This document shows positions 9,045 through 18,558 of a stretch of 64,000 bases of DNA, in pieces. This DNA comes from Bacteroidota bacterium (GTDB taxonomy: Bacteria; Bacteroidota; Bacteroidia; Bacteroidales; UBA10428): the NCBI GenBank assembly GCA_023442525.1, contig JAEZZA010000004.1, positions 32,052-96,051 of the forward strand. Reading direction: 5' to 3'. Within the stretch, counting starts at the first letter, position 1, and the number at the start of each line of letters is the position of its first letter. A program made the position numbers and the translations under genes. A model generated the notes under the pieces. The model saw only the letters and a list, made by a program, of their open reading frames with translations, made no database searches and had not been told where the DNA came from.

Positions 9045-10181
9045 ATGCCTAACGAGGTTTACATTAACAAAGTAACGAAATTTCTGCCGAACAAGCCTGT
9101 TACGAATGATGAGATGGAAGAGTATCTTGGCATGATTGATAATAAACCATCAAAAGCCAGGCGGATTGTTCTCAGAAATAACGGAATTGTTAGCCGGTAT
9201 TATGCCCTGACGAAAGAAGGGAAGCCGACACACACCAATGCCGGACTGGCAGCTGAGGCTGTGAAAATGCTTTTTGACGAAAGTTTTAGTAAGAACGATA
9301 TCGAATTGCTGGCATGTGGCACGGCATCACCCGACCAGGTAATGCCGTCACAGGCATCGATGGTTCATGGCCTTTTGGATATTCCCGCTATTGAGATAGC
9401 ATCCTTTGCAGGCTCATGTTGTGCAAGCATGCAGGCACTGAAGTTTTGTTACCTTTCTGTTCTTTCGGGAAATACACGAAATGCGGTTTGTACAGGATCA
9501 GAGATACTTTCTCTCTGGATGCTTTCAAAGTATTTTGAAAAGGAATGTGAGAACGAGGCCAAATTGAAAGAAAATCCTTTGCTGGCTTTTGAAAAGGAAT
9601 TTCTGCGCTGGATGTTATCCGACGGAGCAGGAGCAGTTTTGCTTGAAAACAAGCCTTCGGGCAGATTACCTTTGAAAGTTGAATGGATTGATATCCGTTC
9701 GTACGCCAATGAGAAAGAAACCTGCATGTATGCAGGCGCTGATAAGGGCGCAGATGGCGAAATATTCGGATGGTGCAGGTTTGAACCGGAAGAATGGCTC
9801 ACCCGGTCGATTTTCTCTCTCAAACAGGATACCCGGATGCTGGGCAGCTTCATTGTCAAACTGGGCGGCCAGTTCCTGAAAGAAATCATTGAATCGAGGA
9901 ATCTGGACATTAATTCTATAGATTACTTCCTGCCTCATCTGTCTTCGGAATTTTTCCGTGAACCTATCTATAAAGAACTTGATGAACTTGGAATTAATAT
10001 ACCCAAAGAGAAGTGGTTTACAAACCTGACTACTGTTGGCAATGTTGCCACAGTTTCTTTCATTCTGATGCTTGAAGAATTGATAAGGGTCAGGGATCTT
10101 AAAAAGGGGCAGAAGATACTTATCCAGGTGCCGGAAAGTGCCAGGTTCACGTATGCTTACGCGCTCCTTACTGTATGTTGA
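9045..10181 (+). CDS. darB: DarB-like beta-ketoacyl-ACP synthase III family condensing enzyme
   Basis: 378 aa FabH-like thiolase fold. Cys context FAGSCCASMQAL, His context FLPHLSS, Asn context TVGNVATVS (C-H-N triad). Confidence 0.8.
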   Translation: MPNEVYINKVTKFLPNKPVTNDEMEEYLGMIDNKPSKARRIVLRNNGIVSRYYALTKEGKPTHTNAGLAAEAVKMLFDESFSKNDIELLACGTASPDQVMPSQASMVHGLLDIPAIEIASFAGSCCASMQALKFCYLSVLSGNTRNAVCTGSEILSLWMLSKYFEKECENEAKLKENPLLAFEKEFLRWMLSDGAGAVLLENKPSGRLPLKVEWIDIRSYANEKETCMYAGADKGADGEIFGWCRFEPEEWLTRSIFSLKQDTRMLGSFIVKLGGQFLKEIIESRNLDINSIDYFLPHLSSEFFREPIYKELDELGINIPKEKWFTNLTTVGNVATVSFILMLEELIRVRDLKKGQKILIQVPESARFTYAYALLTVC

Positions 10182-10214
10182 CAAGCCTGTACAGTTGAGT
10201 GAATCGTACAAAGC

Positions 10215-10646
10215 ATGAAAGTAAATGAAGTCCCCCAGGATAAGGGATATTTAGTTAAGGGAAGAGTCACCGATCTGAATTATGCCGTGGATGAAAACGG
10301 CAATTACACTACCATGCAAAGTGAGGGATGGCAGCCTAAGAATGAGGCAATGACACTGGCATGGGAAGTAGTTTATGAGAAAGCACAGGAAGTACGGCAG
10401 AAAGTATTGGATGGTATTTTGAGTCCCGTTGCTTTTTATATGGAACTGAATGTTATGGATGTTAAAATACTGTCGGATTACACCGGTATTCCAAAATGGA
10501 AGGTCAGAAGGCACCTGAAGATGAAGAATTTTACGAAACTTAATAGTAATATCATTTCCCGGTATGCAGATGCTTTCAAATTAATTCCGTCTGACCTGTC
10601 AGATCTGAACAAAATACGCGAGGCTAAGCCGGGACATGAAGATTGA
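10215..10646 (+). CDS. Hypothetical protein, possible HTH-like segment
   Basis: 143-aa ORF that overlaps the next gene by 11 nt. The segment ILSDYTGIPKWKVRRHLK looks helix-turn-helix-like. No confident family assignment. Confidence 0.55.
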   Translation: MKVNEVPQDKGYLVKGRVTDLNYAVDENGNYTTMQSEGWQPKNEAMTLAWEVVYEKAQEVRQKVLDGILSPVAFYMELNVMDVKILSDYTGIPKWKVRRHLKMKNFTKLNSNIISRYADAFKLIPSDLSDLNKIREAKPGHED

Positions 10647-11640
10647 TTTTAAGCACTACCAGTCGGCACACTGTGAGAACGGAGTCACTTCCAATCTTCT
10701 CAGATTCTACGGTATTGAGCTGAGCGAACCAATGGTTTTTGGTATCGGTTCGGGCTATTTCTTCTCACATATGCCGTTTATCAAACTCCACGGAATGGCA
10801 GTGACTTCATTCAGGGTACTGCCAGGGTGGATATTTAAGAGAGTTACACGCCGGCTGGGTGTTAAGGTTCAACGACGCAAATTTTCGGATCCGCAGCGAG
10901 CCATGCAGGAACTCGACGAACTACTCGGACAGGGAATTCCGGTAGGAATGCTGGTTGGCGTTTACCAGTTACCATACTTCCCCAAAGAATTCAGATTCCA
11001 TTTCAATGCTCACAATCTTACTGCTTTTGGAAAAGAAAACGGGCATTACCTGATCAGCGATCCGGTTATGGAAAATGTAGAAACGCTTTCGGGCGAAGAG
11101 CTGAAAATTGTAAGGTTTGCAAAAGGTACATACCCACCAAGAGGCAGAATGTATCACATCGCATACATGCCGGAGAAAGTGGATGTTAAGCCTGCAATTA
11201 TTGCCGGAATAAGACAAACTGCAAGGGATATGCTAACCATCCCGGTACCAATGTTTGGTATTAAAGGCATACGGACCCTCGCCAAACGAATGCGAAAATG
11301 GCCGTCACGTTTAGGTGAAAAACTGGCAGCCCAGAATCTCGCCCAGGTTATCAGAATGCTCGAGGAGATTGGTACCGGAGGTGCAGGATTCAGATTCATC
11401 TATGCTGCCTTTCTTCAGGAGAGCGCTTCAATACTAAATAAGCCATGGCTTAATAAACTGAGTGCTGATATGACTGTTATCGGCGATGCATGGAGAGATT
11501 TTGCAGTACACGCGTCACGTCGTTTTAAGAACAGGGATAGTGAAGGTATTACTTACGATTCCCTTGCTGATATGTTGATGAAAATTGCCGATAGGGAGGA
11601 AAAGGTGTTTCTTCAACTAAGGAATATTGATAAGGAATGA
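10636..11640 (+). CDS. BtrH N-terminal-domain (papain-like/C39-like fold) protein
   Basis: 334 aa. The N-terminus HYQSAHCENGVTSNLLRFYGIELSEPMVFGIGSGYFFSH matches my recollection of the BtrH_N/DUF4872 pattern, with a Cys-containing HCE motif. Confidence 0.65.
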   Translation: MKIDFKHYQSAHCENGVTSNLLRFYGIELSEPMVFGIGSGYFFSHMPFIKLHGMAVTSFRVLPGWIFKRVTRRLGVKVQRRKFSDPQRAMQELDELLGQGIPVGMLVGVYQLPYFPKEFRFHFNAHNLTAFGKENGHYLISDPVMENVETLSGEELKIVRFAKGTYPPRGRMYHIAYMPEKVDVKPAIIAGIRQTARDMLTIPVPMFGIKGIRTLAKRMRKWPSRLGEKLAAQNLAQVIRMLEEIGTGGAGFRFIYAAFLQESASILNKPWLNKLSADMTVIGDAWRDFAVHASRRFKNRDSEGITYDSLADMLMKIADREEKVFLQLRNIDKE

Positions 11641-12389
11641 GTGAAGAACCCATCATCCGTGTAGAAAATCTCACAAAGAGATACAAGGGGACTGATAAAG
11701 ACGCCATTGATAATGTAAGTTTTGAAGTTCCCCGGGGAAGGATATTTGGCCTCTTAGGTCCCAATGGCGCAGGGAAAACCACCATGATAAGAATATTATG
11801 CGGATTACTTGCACCAACAAGTGGTGACATAACCGTTAACGGTTATTCACTTAAAAACGAAAAAAGTCTCATAAAGAAACTGATTGGCGTTGTGCCCCAG
11901 GAAATAGCACTTTATCCTACATTAACTGCCAGGGAAAATCTGGTGATATTCGGAGGCGTTGCGGGCCTCAAAGGGTCGGAACTGACGGATCGGATTAACA
12001 ACTGGTTGTCGATATTCGGGCTGGACAAAAGCCGGAATCACCAGGTTCGGAATTTTTCAGGCGGAATGAAGCGAAGACTGAATCTGATAGCGGGTCTTAT
12101 TCACAATCCTGCCATTCTGATACTGGATGAACCCACTGTTGGCGTTGACGTTCACTCCAAGAATGTGATTATCGAAAATTTGTTCGAGATTAACCAAAAG
12201 GGTACTACTATTATTTATACATCACATTATCTCGAAGAGGCAGAAAATCTGTGCTCCTGCCTCGCCATTATTGACGAAGGTATTATAATAAAAAGGGGAA
12301 GCCTCCACGATATTCGAAATGAATATGGCGGAAATGCAAAGCTCGAAGATGTGTTTTTACAATTAACCGGCAGAGAACTCAGAGATTGA
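11637..12389 (+). CDS. ABC transporter ATP-binding protein
   Basis: Walker A GPNGAGKTT, signature FSGGMKRRL, Walker B ILILDEP. ATGA overlap with the upstream gene. Confidence 0.9.
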   Translation: MSEEPIIRVENLTKRYKGTDKDAIDNVSFEVPRGRIFGLLGPNGAGKTTMIRILCGLLAPTSGDITVNGYSLKNEKSLIKKLIGVVPQEIALYPTLTARENLVIFGGVAGLKGSELTDRINNWLSIFGLDKSRNHQVRNFSGGMKRRLNLIAGLIHNPAILILDEPTVGVDVHSKNVIIENLFEINQKGTTIIYTSHYLEEAENLCSCLAIIDEGIIIKRGSLHDIRNEYGGNAKLEDVFLQLTGRELRD

Positions 12390-12393
12390 ACCG

Positions 12394-13671
12394 ATGAGAG
12401 TGATTCAAAAACTGATATATAAGGATTTCCTGGTTCTCATAAGAGACCGGAGCGGACTGGCCATGTTGTTTATCATGCCAATGGCACTTGTACTGATCAT
12501 GACAGCATTGCAGAACAACACGTTCAAAGCTATCAACGAAAGCGGAATCAATCTGGTTCTGCTAAATAACGACCAGGATTCACTGGGTCTGGCAATTGAA
12601 AAGGAACTCGATAATTCGAATTTTTTCAACATACATAAATCTGTTGACCATAAAACACCCGACGAAAAATCGGTGAGGGAAGCAGTTGCATCCGGCCGGT
12701 TCCAGATTGGTGTTGTGATACCTGAGAATGCAACCAACCGGATCAGGGAAAAAGTAAAAGAGAATGTTCTGATGATCTTCTCAGGTAAAACTTCTGCCAG
12801 CGGTCCCAAAGATTCCATACTTATCCGGATATATATCGACCCTGCCACCAAGAATTCACTCAGATCAACTCTGCAGGGGTCGATACGTGAATTCTCCGCT
12901 AAAATTGAATCCCGAATTGTTTTTACGGAGCTCACAAGGGAAATTAACAGCCGTATGATGGCACAACTTCCCGATCTGAACAGGTTAAGGGAAGAGGTTG
13001 TGTTTTACGATGAGGAATATGTTGCCCGAAACAACCGGACTGTCATCCCCAATGCCGTTCAACACAACGTGCCGGCATGGACACTTTTCGCCATGTTTTT
13101 TATTGTGATACCCTTTGCCAGTGCGATGATAAAAGAACGTGAAGACAGCAGCCTTGCCCGTCTTCTTACTATGCCTTGTTCTTACGGGACAATTATGATC
13201 AGCAGAGTAATTGTTTACCTGGTAGTATGCTTCATGCAATTTGCCCTGATCATGGCAATGGGCGTGTTCCTTTTCCCTGTTCTGGGTTTACCCTCGCTGG
13301 TAATCGAAGGCAGAATGGCAGGACTATCGGTTATGGCTATAGCTGCTTCACTGGCCGCGATCGGCTACGGTGTGGCTGTAGGTACCATATCCCGCACACA
13401 TCAGCAGGCCGCAATCTTTGCTTCAATATCCGTTGTGATACTGGCTGCGATCGGTGGTATTTGGGTACCCGTATTCATCATGCCTTCGCTGATGAGGGAA
13501 CTCAGTATCATTTCGCCTATGAACTGGGGATTACATGGATTCTATGATATCCTTGTTCGCAATTCATCGCTGATACAGGTAATACAATATGCCTTTTACC
13601 TGATTGTTTTCTCTGCTGCATGCCTGTTGCTTGCCATGTACTATCACAGGTCGCGCAAGGAGATGGCTTAA
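12394..13671 (+). CDS. ABC-2 type transporter permease
   Basis: 425 aa with an N-terminal TM helix, a roughly 200-aa extracytoplasmic loop and about 5 C-terminal TM helices. It follows the ATPase after 4 nt. Confidence 0.8.
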   Translation: MRVIQKLIYKDFLVLIRDRSGLAMLFIMPMALVLIMTALQNNTFKAINESGINLVLLNNDQDSLGLAIEKELDNSNFFNIHKSVDHKTPDEKSVREAVASGRFQIGVVIPENATNRIREKVKENVLMIFSGKTSASGPKDSILIRIYIDPATKNSLRSTLQGSIREFSAKIESRIVFTELTREINSRMMAQLPDLNRLREEVVFYDEEYVARNNRTVIPNAVQHNVPAWTLFAMFFIVIPFASAMIKEREDSSLARLLTMPCSYGTIMISRVIVYLVVCFMQFALIMAMGVFLFPVLGLPSLVIEGRMAGLSVMAIAASLAAIGYGVAVGTISRTHQQAAIFASISVVILAAIGGIWVPVFIMPSLMRELSIISPMNWGLHGFYDILVRNSSLIQVIQYAFYLIVFSAACLLLAMYYHRSRKEMA

Positions 13672-14351
13672 AACAGGAAATCCATTTTGAAACCTCCGGT
13701 AAGGTTATAACTCCATTTAGGCCCTTCGTTATAGTAGTAATTCCAATTGTCGAACAACCCCGAAATTTCTCTCACTTCTTTAATGTCGACATTGTAATAA
13801 TGGTTGTGACGTAAACGCACACCAATGCCTCCATATATTTCAAATGCCATTGCGGGTCCCATCTTGAAAATGAATCCTCCCTTCACATTGAATCCCGTCT
13901 TTGTTCTTAGGAAATCGGCCTGATAGTAGTAAATGGACAACTCTTCATCCTCGGGCTTGAAATTATCATCAAGCATCGTCTGCCTGTGCCGGATATAATA
14001 AAGCTCAAATCCTGTATAGGGTATCACGTATTTCCGGACTCCCGAAACAAGATATCTGCTTTCGGTACGCATTTCCCAGAGTCTGTAGTTCGGGTTAAGA
14101 TCCTCATGAAGGTAAAATGACGATTCGGGAAAAACCCGATGACTTCCATATCCCATCTCAAATGTCTGCGAATAATAATTACTTACAATAAAGGTATAGC
14201 CAAACCGAAGACGCGGAAAATTGGGATCAAACGGTGTTGCCAGGTTAAACGATATAATATTGCGCCTGAATTTCTCCTCAACCGGATTCCCTGCATTAAG
14301 AATCGTTGGTAAAGCTATTATCCAGGCCAGAAGGACAATCCTTTTATTCAT
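13668..14351 (-). CDS. Putative outer-membrane beta-barrel protein
   Basis: Signal peptide MNKRIVLLAWIIALPTILNAG, alternating aromatic/Gly-rich strands, and C-terminal GGFKMDFLF ending in Phe. Its stop overlaps the permease stop within TTAA (13668-13671). Confidence 0.6.
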   Translation of the reverse strand: MNKRIVLLAWIIALPTILNAGNPVEEKFRRNIISFNLATPFDPNFPRLRFGYTFIVSNYYSQTFEMGYGSHRVFPESSFYLHEDLNPNYRLWEMRTESRYLVSGVRKYVIPYTGFELYYIRHRQTMLDDNFKPEDEELSIYYYQADFLRTKTGFNVKGGFIFKMGPAMAFEIYGGIGVRLRHNHYYNVDIKEVREISGLFDNWNYYYNEGPKWSYNLTGGFKMDFLF

Positions 14352-14537
14352 TTCGTTTCGTTGTTTGTTTAACTTATTATTTTAAAGATATACGTTTATA
14401 CGTATAGTTGCATCCGGGGTAATGTTAATTTCTGAATTAGTTTTTTTATATTGCACGACCTTATTCAGGCCTTTTGTGAATTTTTAAAATATTAATAACC
14501 AGGTACTTATATTAATAAGTGTCGCTTTTTTCATTAT

Positions 14538-14801
14538 ATGGAAGAGTTAATCAGGCAGTTGAAACAAGATATTATTGAAGCACTTTCGCTTGAAGACGTT
14601 GTGGCAGATGATTTTGATGCCGATACTCCTTTATTCGTCGAAGGTCTCGGATTGGATTCAATTGACGCTCTTGAGCTGATCCTGCTCATGGAACGCAAAT
14701 ATGGTGTTAAAATCGAGGATCCTAAAGAAAGGCGTAATGTTCTCAGAAATGTCAGAACTATGGCCGAATGCATAATGAATCACCGAAATATGCAGAAGTA
14801 A
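14538..14801 (+). CDS. Acyl carrier protein (ACP-1)
   Basis: 87 aa with phosphopantetheine site GLGLDSIDALEL. Confidence 0.9.
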   Translation: MEELIRQLKQDIIEALSLEDVVADDFDADTPLFVEGLGLDSIDALELILLMERKYGVKIEDPKERRNVLRNVRTMAECIMNHRNMQK

Positions 14802-15991
14802 TGGCACCCCGGGTTTTTGTGACCGGTGTCGGAATTATTTCAGCTATTGGCAATGGCATTTCGGAAAACCGGAAATCAATTGTCGATCACAATTCGGGCA
14901 TAGGGAAATTAACTCACTTTGATTCTGTTCACAAGGATATCCCTGTTGCAGCCATTAAATACAGCAATCCTGAACTACGTGAATTAGCCGGGTTAACAGG
15001 CAACAATACTATTTATACCCGTAATACGCTGCTGGCTATAATTGCTGCATCGCAGGCTATGCAAAGGGCCGGTTACAAAAAAGAATACTCAGATAATACG
15101 GGAGCAGTATTTGCCACCACAGTGGGGGGCATGGATTACAACGAGCAGTATTACCGCTCACTTTTAAAAGAAGACAAGTACAAAGAATATATCGGTGTTT
15201 TGGATAGTGCCGATTGTGGCGAAAAGGTTGCGGCTTATTTCGGATTAAGCAATAATATCACTACCGTTTCAACAGCATGCTCATCGTCGGCTAATGCATT
15301 GTTATTCGGATCGCGACTGATTAAAAGCGGCCGTCTGAAACGTGTTCTGGCCGGGGGCTCCGATGCGCTTACCAGGTTCACCCTTAACGGATTTAATGCA
15401 CTTGAAATTCTGTCATCCACAGGATGCAGGCCATTCGATAGTTCGAGAAACGGATTGACAATTGGCGAAGGTGCTGCATTCCTGGTTCTCGAATCGGAAG
15501 ACGTAGCTGATCCCAAAAAGATAATCGGCGAGGTTAAGGGATATTCCAATGTAAATGAGGCTTACCATGCTACGGCCTCTTCAACCGAAGGCACGGGAGC
15601 ATCATTGGCCATGAACGGCGCCCTGGAATCGGCCGGTTTAAACGCTTCGCAAATCGATTATATTAATGCGCATGGTACCGGCACTGAAATAAACGACCTG
15701 TCGGAAGGCCGGGCCATTGAAACTGTATTCGGGAACAACATTCCTCCGGTAAGTTCCACAAAAGGATTTACCGGTCATACCCTTGGTGCAGCAGGTGCTG
15801 TTGAAGCCGTTTTTTCATTAATCGCACTCATGGATCAGTTGGTATTGCCAAATTTGAATTATACCGGAAAAATGCCTGAGCTGTCATTCGAACCCGTTAA
15901 ATCAGCCCGTTCACACCGAATCCGCAATGTAATGTCAAATTCATTCGGATTTGGAGGCAGTAATACAACACTCATTTTTTCTGAATTCTGA
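14801..15991 (+). CDS. Beta-ketoacyl-ACP synthase (KS-1, FabF/FabB-like)
   Basis: Catalytic triad contexts TACSSSANAL (Cys), NAHGTGTEIND (His), TGHTLGAAG (His). Start set at ATG 14801 (MAPRVFVTG), overlapping the ACP stop as TAATG. The track start is 14768. Confidence 0.9.
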   Translation: MAPRVFVTGVGIISAIGNGISENRKSIVDHNSGIGKLTHFDSVHKDIPVAAIKYSNPELRELAGLTGNNTIYTRNTLLAIIAASQAMQRAGYKKEYSDNTGAVFATTVGGMDYNEQYYRSLLKEDKYKEYIGVLDSADCGEKVAAYFGLSNNITTVSTACSSSANALLFGSRLIKSGRLKRVLAGGSDALTRFTLNGFNALEILSSTGCRPFDSSRNGLTIGEGAAFLVLESEDVADPKKIIGEVKGYSNVNEAYHATASSTEGTGASLAMNGALESAGLNASQIDYINAHGTGTEINDLSEGRAIETVFGNNIPPVSSTKGFTGHTLGAAGAVEAVFSLIALMDQLVLPNLNYTGKMPELSFEPVKSARSHRIRNVMSNSFGFGGSNTTLIFSEF

Positions 15992-17067
15992 TGGCAGTTT
16001 ATATACAATCTGGTGCAATTATATCCCCGCAGCACACTCACGATGCTGTGGATTTTCCTGCTGTGATTCACAGTGATGTATCAGACAGACTTAATTGTAT
16101 TGAACCTGAATACCGGACGCTGATAAATCCGTTACTCCTGCGCAGAATGCCCAGAATACTTAAAATGGGACTGGGAGCCGCCCAATTGTGCATTTCACGC
16201 TCGGAATGCACTAATCCCGACGGTATTATTGTTGGAACCGGACTCGGCTGCCTCGATAACCTGGAGAAATTCCTTCTTGACGTTATTGATAATAATGAAG
16301 AGGTGACATCTGTGCTCCCGTTCATTAATTCCACTCATAATGCCGTGGCTGCCCAGATTGCCATGCTTCTGAAAAACCAGAAATATAACACCACATACTG
16401 TCACAGAAACTTCTCGTTTGAAACGGCTCTTCTGGATGGGATGATGCTGGTAGAGGAAAACAGAGCAAATCATATCCTCGTCGGTGGTATCGATGAATGC
16501 ACCGGTGATTATATACTCATCCACCGTTACCTGGGTACATGGAAAGATCCTTTAAACAATCTCGAACTTTTCAGTTCTCCTACACCGGGAACAATTGCCG
16601 GCGAAGGTGCAGGGTTCTTCATGCTTGGCGGTAAGAAAAGTGAAAATACCGGATCTGTACGGTTGGTAGGTGTTCATACATTTTTAACACCGGAACTGGT
16701 GAATGAAATGGAAATAACCGCAAGAATCATGAGCTTTCTCAGCAAACATTCAATGGACACCGGCGATATCGATGGTGTGATTATGGGATTCAGCGGTGAT
16801 TCAAAAACAGATAGCATTTATAATTACCTGGCCGGTGAATTATTCGGTGATCAGACAATCCTTGGCTATAAACATTTATGCGGTGAATATTATACTTCAG
16901 GAGCCTTTGCCCTTTGGCTGGCCTCTGTAATTGCAGGGAAGGAGAAAATACCGGAAATTTTGCTGATGAGTTCATTAATAAAAACACCGCTGAAAACGAT
17001 ATTGATTTATAACCAGCTTAATTCGACGGAACATTCCCTGATCTGTTTGAAATATGACCGTTTATGA
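15991..17067 (+). CDS. KS-like chain-length-factor-type partner (no active-site Cys)
   Basis: 358 aa thiolase-like protein. INSTHNAVAAQ occupies the position where KS-1 has TACSSS. TGATG overlap with KS-1. Confidence 0.75.
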   Translation: MAVYIQSGAIISPQHTHDAVDFPAVIHSDVSDRLNCIEPEYRTLINPLLLRRMPRILKMGLGAAQLCISRSECTNPDGIIVGTGLGCLDNLEKFLLDVIDNNEEVTSVLPFINSTHNAVAAQIAMLLKNQKYNTTYCHRNFSFETALLDGMMLVEENRANHILVGGIDECTGDYILIHRYLGTWKDPLNNLELFSSPTPGTIAGEGAGFFMLGGKKSENTGSVRLVGVHTFLTPELVNEMEITARIMSFLSKHSMDTGDIDGVIMGFSGDSKTDSIYNYLAGELFGDQTILGYKHLCGEYYTSGAFALWLASVIAGKEKIPEILLMSSLIKTPLKTILIYNQLNSTEHSLICLKYDRL

Positions 17068-18544
17068 TGTTGTAATTGTCGGAGGAGGTCTTGGAGGGCT
17101 TCTTTGCGGAAATATTCTCAGCCGCGAAGGAATGAATGTTTGCCTGATCGAGAAAAATCATAAGCTGGGCGGATCATTGCAGACTTTCGGAAGGAAGGGT
17201 TGCATTTTCAATACAGGATTGAACTACACCGAAAGCCTCGACAAGGGCCAGGTACTTCACCAATACTTCAGATACTTTAAGCTCATTGACAGGATTCAGC
17301 TGAGAAGGCTCGATGGAAACGGATTTGAGCATATTCACTTCAACAACGGTGAGTATAAATTTGCAATGGGCCGGGAGTCATTCGTTGAAACACTCTGCCG
17401 GCAATTCCCATCGGAACGCGAAGGTTTAAACGAATATGTTTCCAGAATACACAGTATCTGTGAGGGTATTCCACTTTATACATTCTCGGGCGAACCATCC
17501 AATATAATCCTGAACAGCAATCTGAATACGGGAGCTGCAGGCTTTATCCGGTCGGTTATTTCAGACCCGCGTTTACAGAATATTCTGGCCGGAAATAATA
17601 TGCTGTATTCGGGAACCGACGACCGGACACCTCTATACATTCACGCGCTCATCAACAATTCATTTATCGAAAGTGCCTGGCGAATTGCCGACGGCAGTCA
17701 TAATGTTGTGAATGTTCTTGCCGAAAACATCACCAGTAACGGTGGTACAATTATGAAGAATAAAAGGGTTGATAAAATTCACTCGCATAACGGTATTGTT
17801 GAATCGGTGATTCTCGAAAACGGCGAAAGAATTTCAGGTAAAAATTTCATTGTTAATGTTCATCCATCAGAATTACTTAAAATGGTTGAACCAAATGCAT
17901 TAAGAAAGACTTTTCGCATCCGTATTGATAATCTGGGCGATACCATGGGTATGTTTACACTCTACCTTGTATTCAAAAAGAATACAGTGCCCTATATGAA
18001 TTTTAATTTCTACCATTACAACCACGATAATGTATGGGTAGCATCGGACTACGACGTTAAAAAGTGGCCCCAGAACTATCTGCTGATGCCGGTTGCTATG
18101 TCGGATGATTCAAAGTATGCGCGCAGTGCATCTGTAATTACCTATATGAATTATTCCGAGCTTCAGAAATGGGAAAATACTTTCACCGGCAACAGGGGCG
18201 ATGATTATCTTGAATTTAAAAACAACAAGGCGGTTGAGCTTCTGAAATCAGTGGAACATCAATTCCCGGGCATTTCCAATAATGTGGAAGCTTATTACAC
18301 ATCTACACCTCTAACCTGGAGGGATTACACAGGTACACGACGCGGATCGGCTTACGGTTTGATAAAAGATTACAACCGGCCACTGGAGTCGCTTATTTTA
18401 CCCAGAACTCATATGCCCAATCTGTTTCTTACGGGCCAGAATAACTATGTACATGGGATACTCGGTGTTACCATAAGTTCGGTAGTTACGTGTTCCCAAC
18501 TGATAGATGAATCATATCTAGTAAAAAAAATACGATCTTCGTAG
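17054..18544 (+). CDS. NAD(P)/FAD-dependent oxidoreductase, phytoene-desaturase (CrtI)-like, copy 1
   Basis: 496 aa with Rossmann motif VVIVGGGLGGLLCG. Confidence 0.8.
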   Translation: MTVYDVVIVGGGLGGLLCGNILSREGMNVCLIEKNHKLGGSLQTFGRKGCIFNTGLNYTESLDKGQVLHQYFRYFKLIDRIQLRRLDGNGFEHIHFNNGEYKFAMGRESFVETLCRQFPSEREGLNEYVSRIHSICEGIPLYTFSGEPSNIILNSNLNTGAAGFIRSVISDPRLQNILAGNNMLYSGTDDRTPLYIHALINNSFIESAWRIADGSHNVVNVLAENITSNGGTIMKNKRVDKIHSHNGIVESVILENGERISGKNFIVNVHPSELLKMVEPNALRKTFRIRIDNLGDTMGMFTLYLVFKKNTVPYMNFNFYHYNHDNVWVASDYDVKKWPQNYLLMPVAMSDDSKYARSASVITYMNYSELQKWENTFTGNRGDDYLEFKNNKAVELLKSVEHQFPGISNNVEAYYTSTPLTWRDYTGTRRGSAYGLIKDYNRPLESLILPRTHMPNLFLTGQNNYVHGILGVTISSVVTCSQLIDESYLVKKIRSS

Positions 18545-18558
18545 TTTAATGCAGCCGG

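Noticed and set aside
9449-10211. 153-aa and 181-aa minus-strand ORFs inside darB. Similar antisense ORFs occur at 12405-12935, 22440-22904, 36110-36703 and 38686-39198.
   Set aside because: Each is fully nested antisense to a gene with clear catalytic motifs, and none shows a motif of its own.
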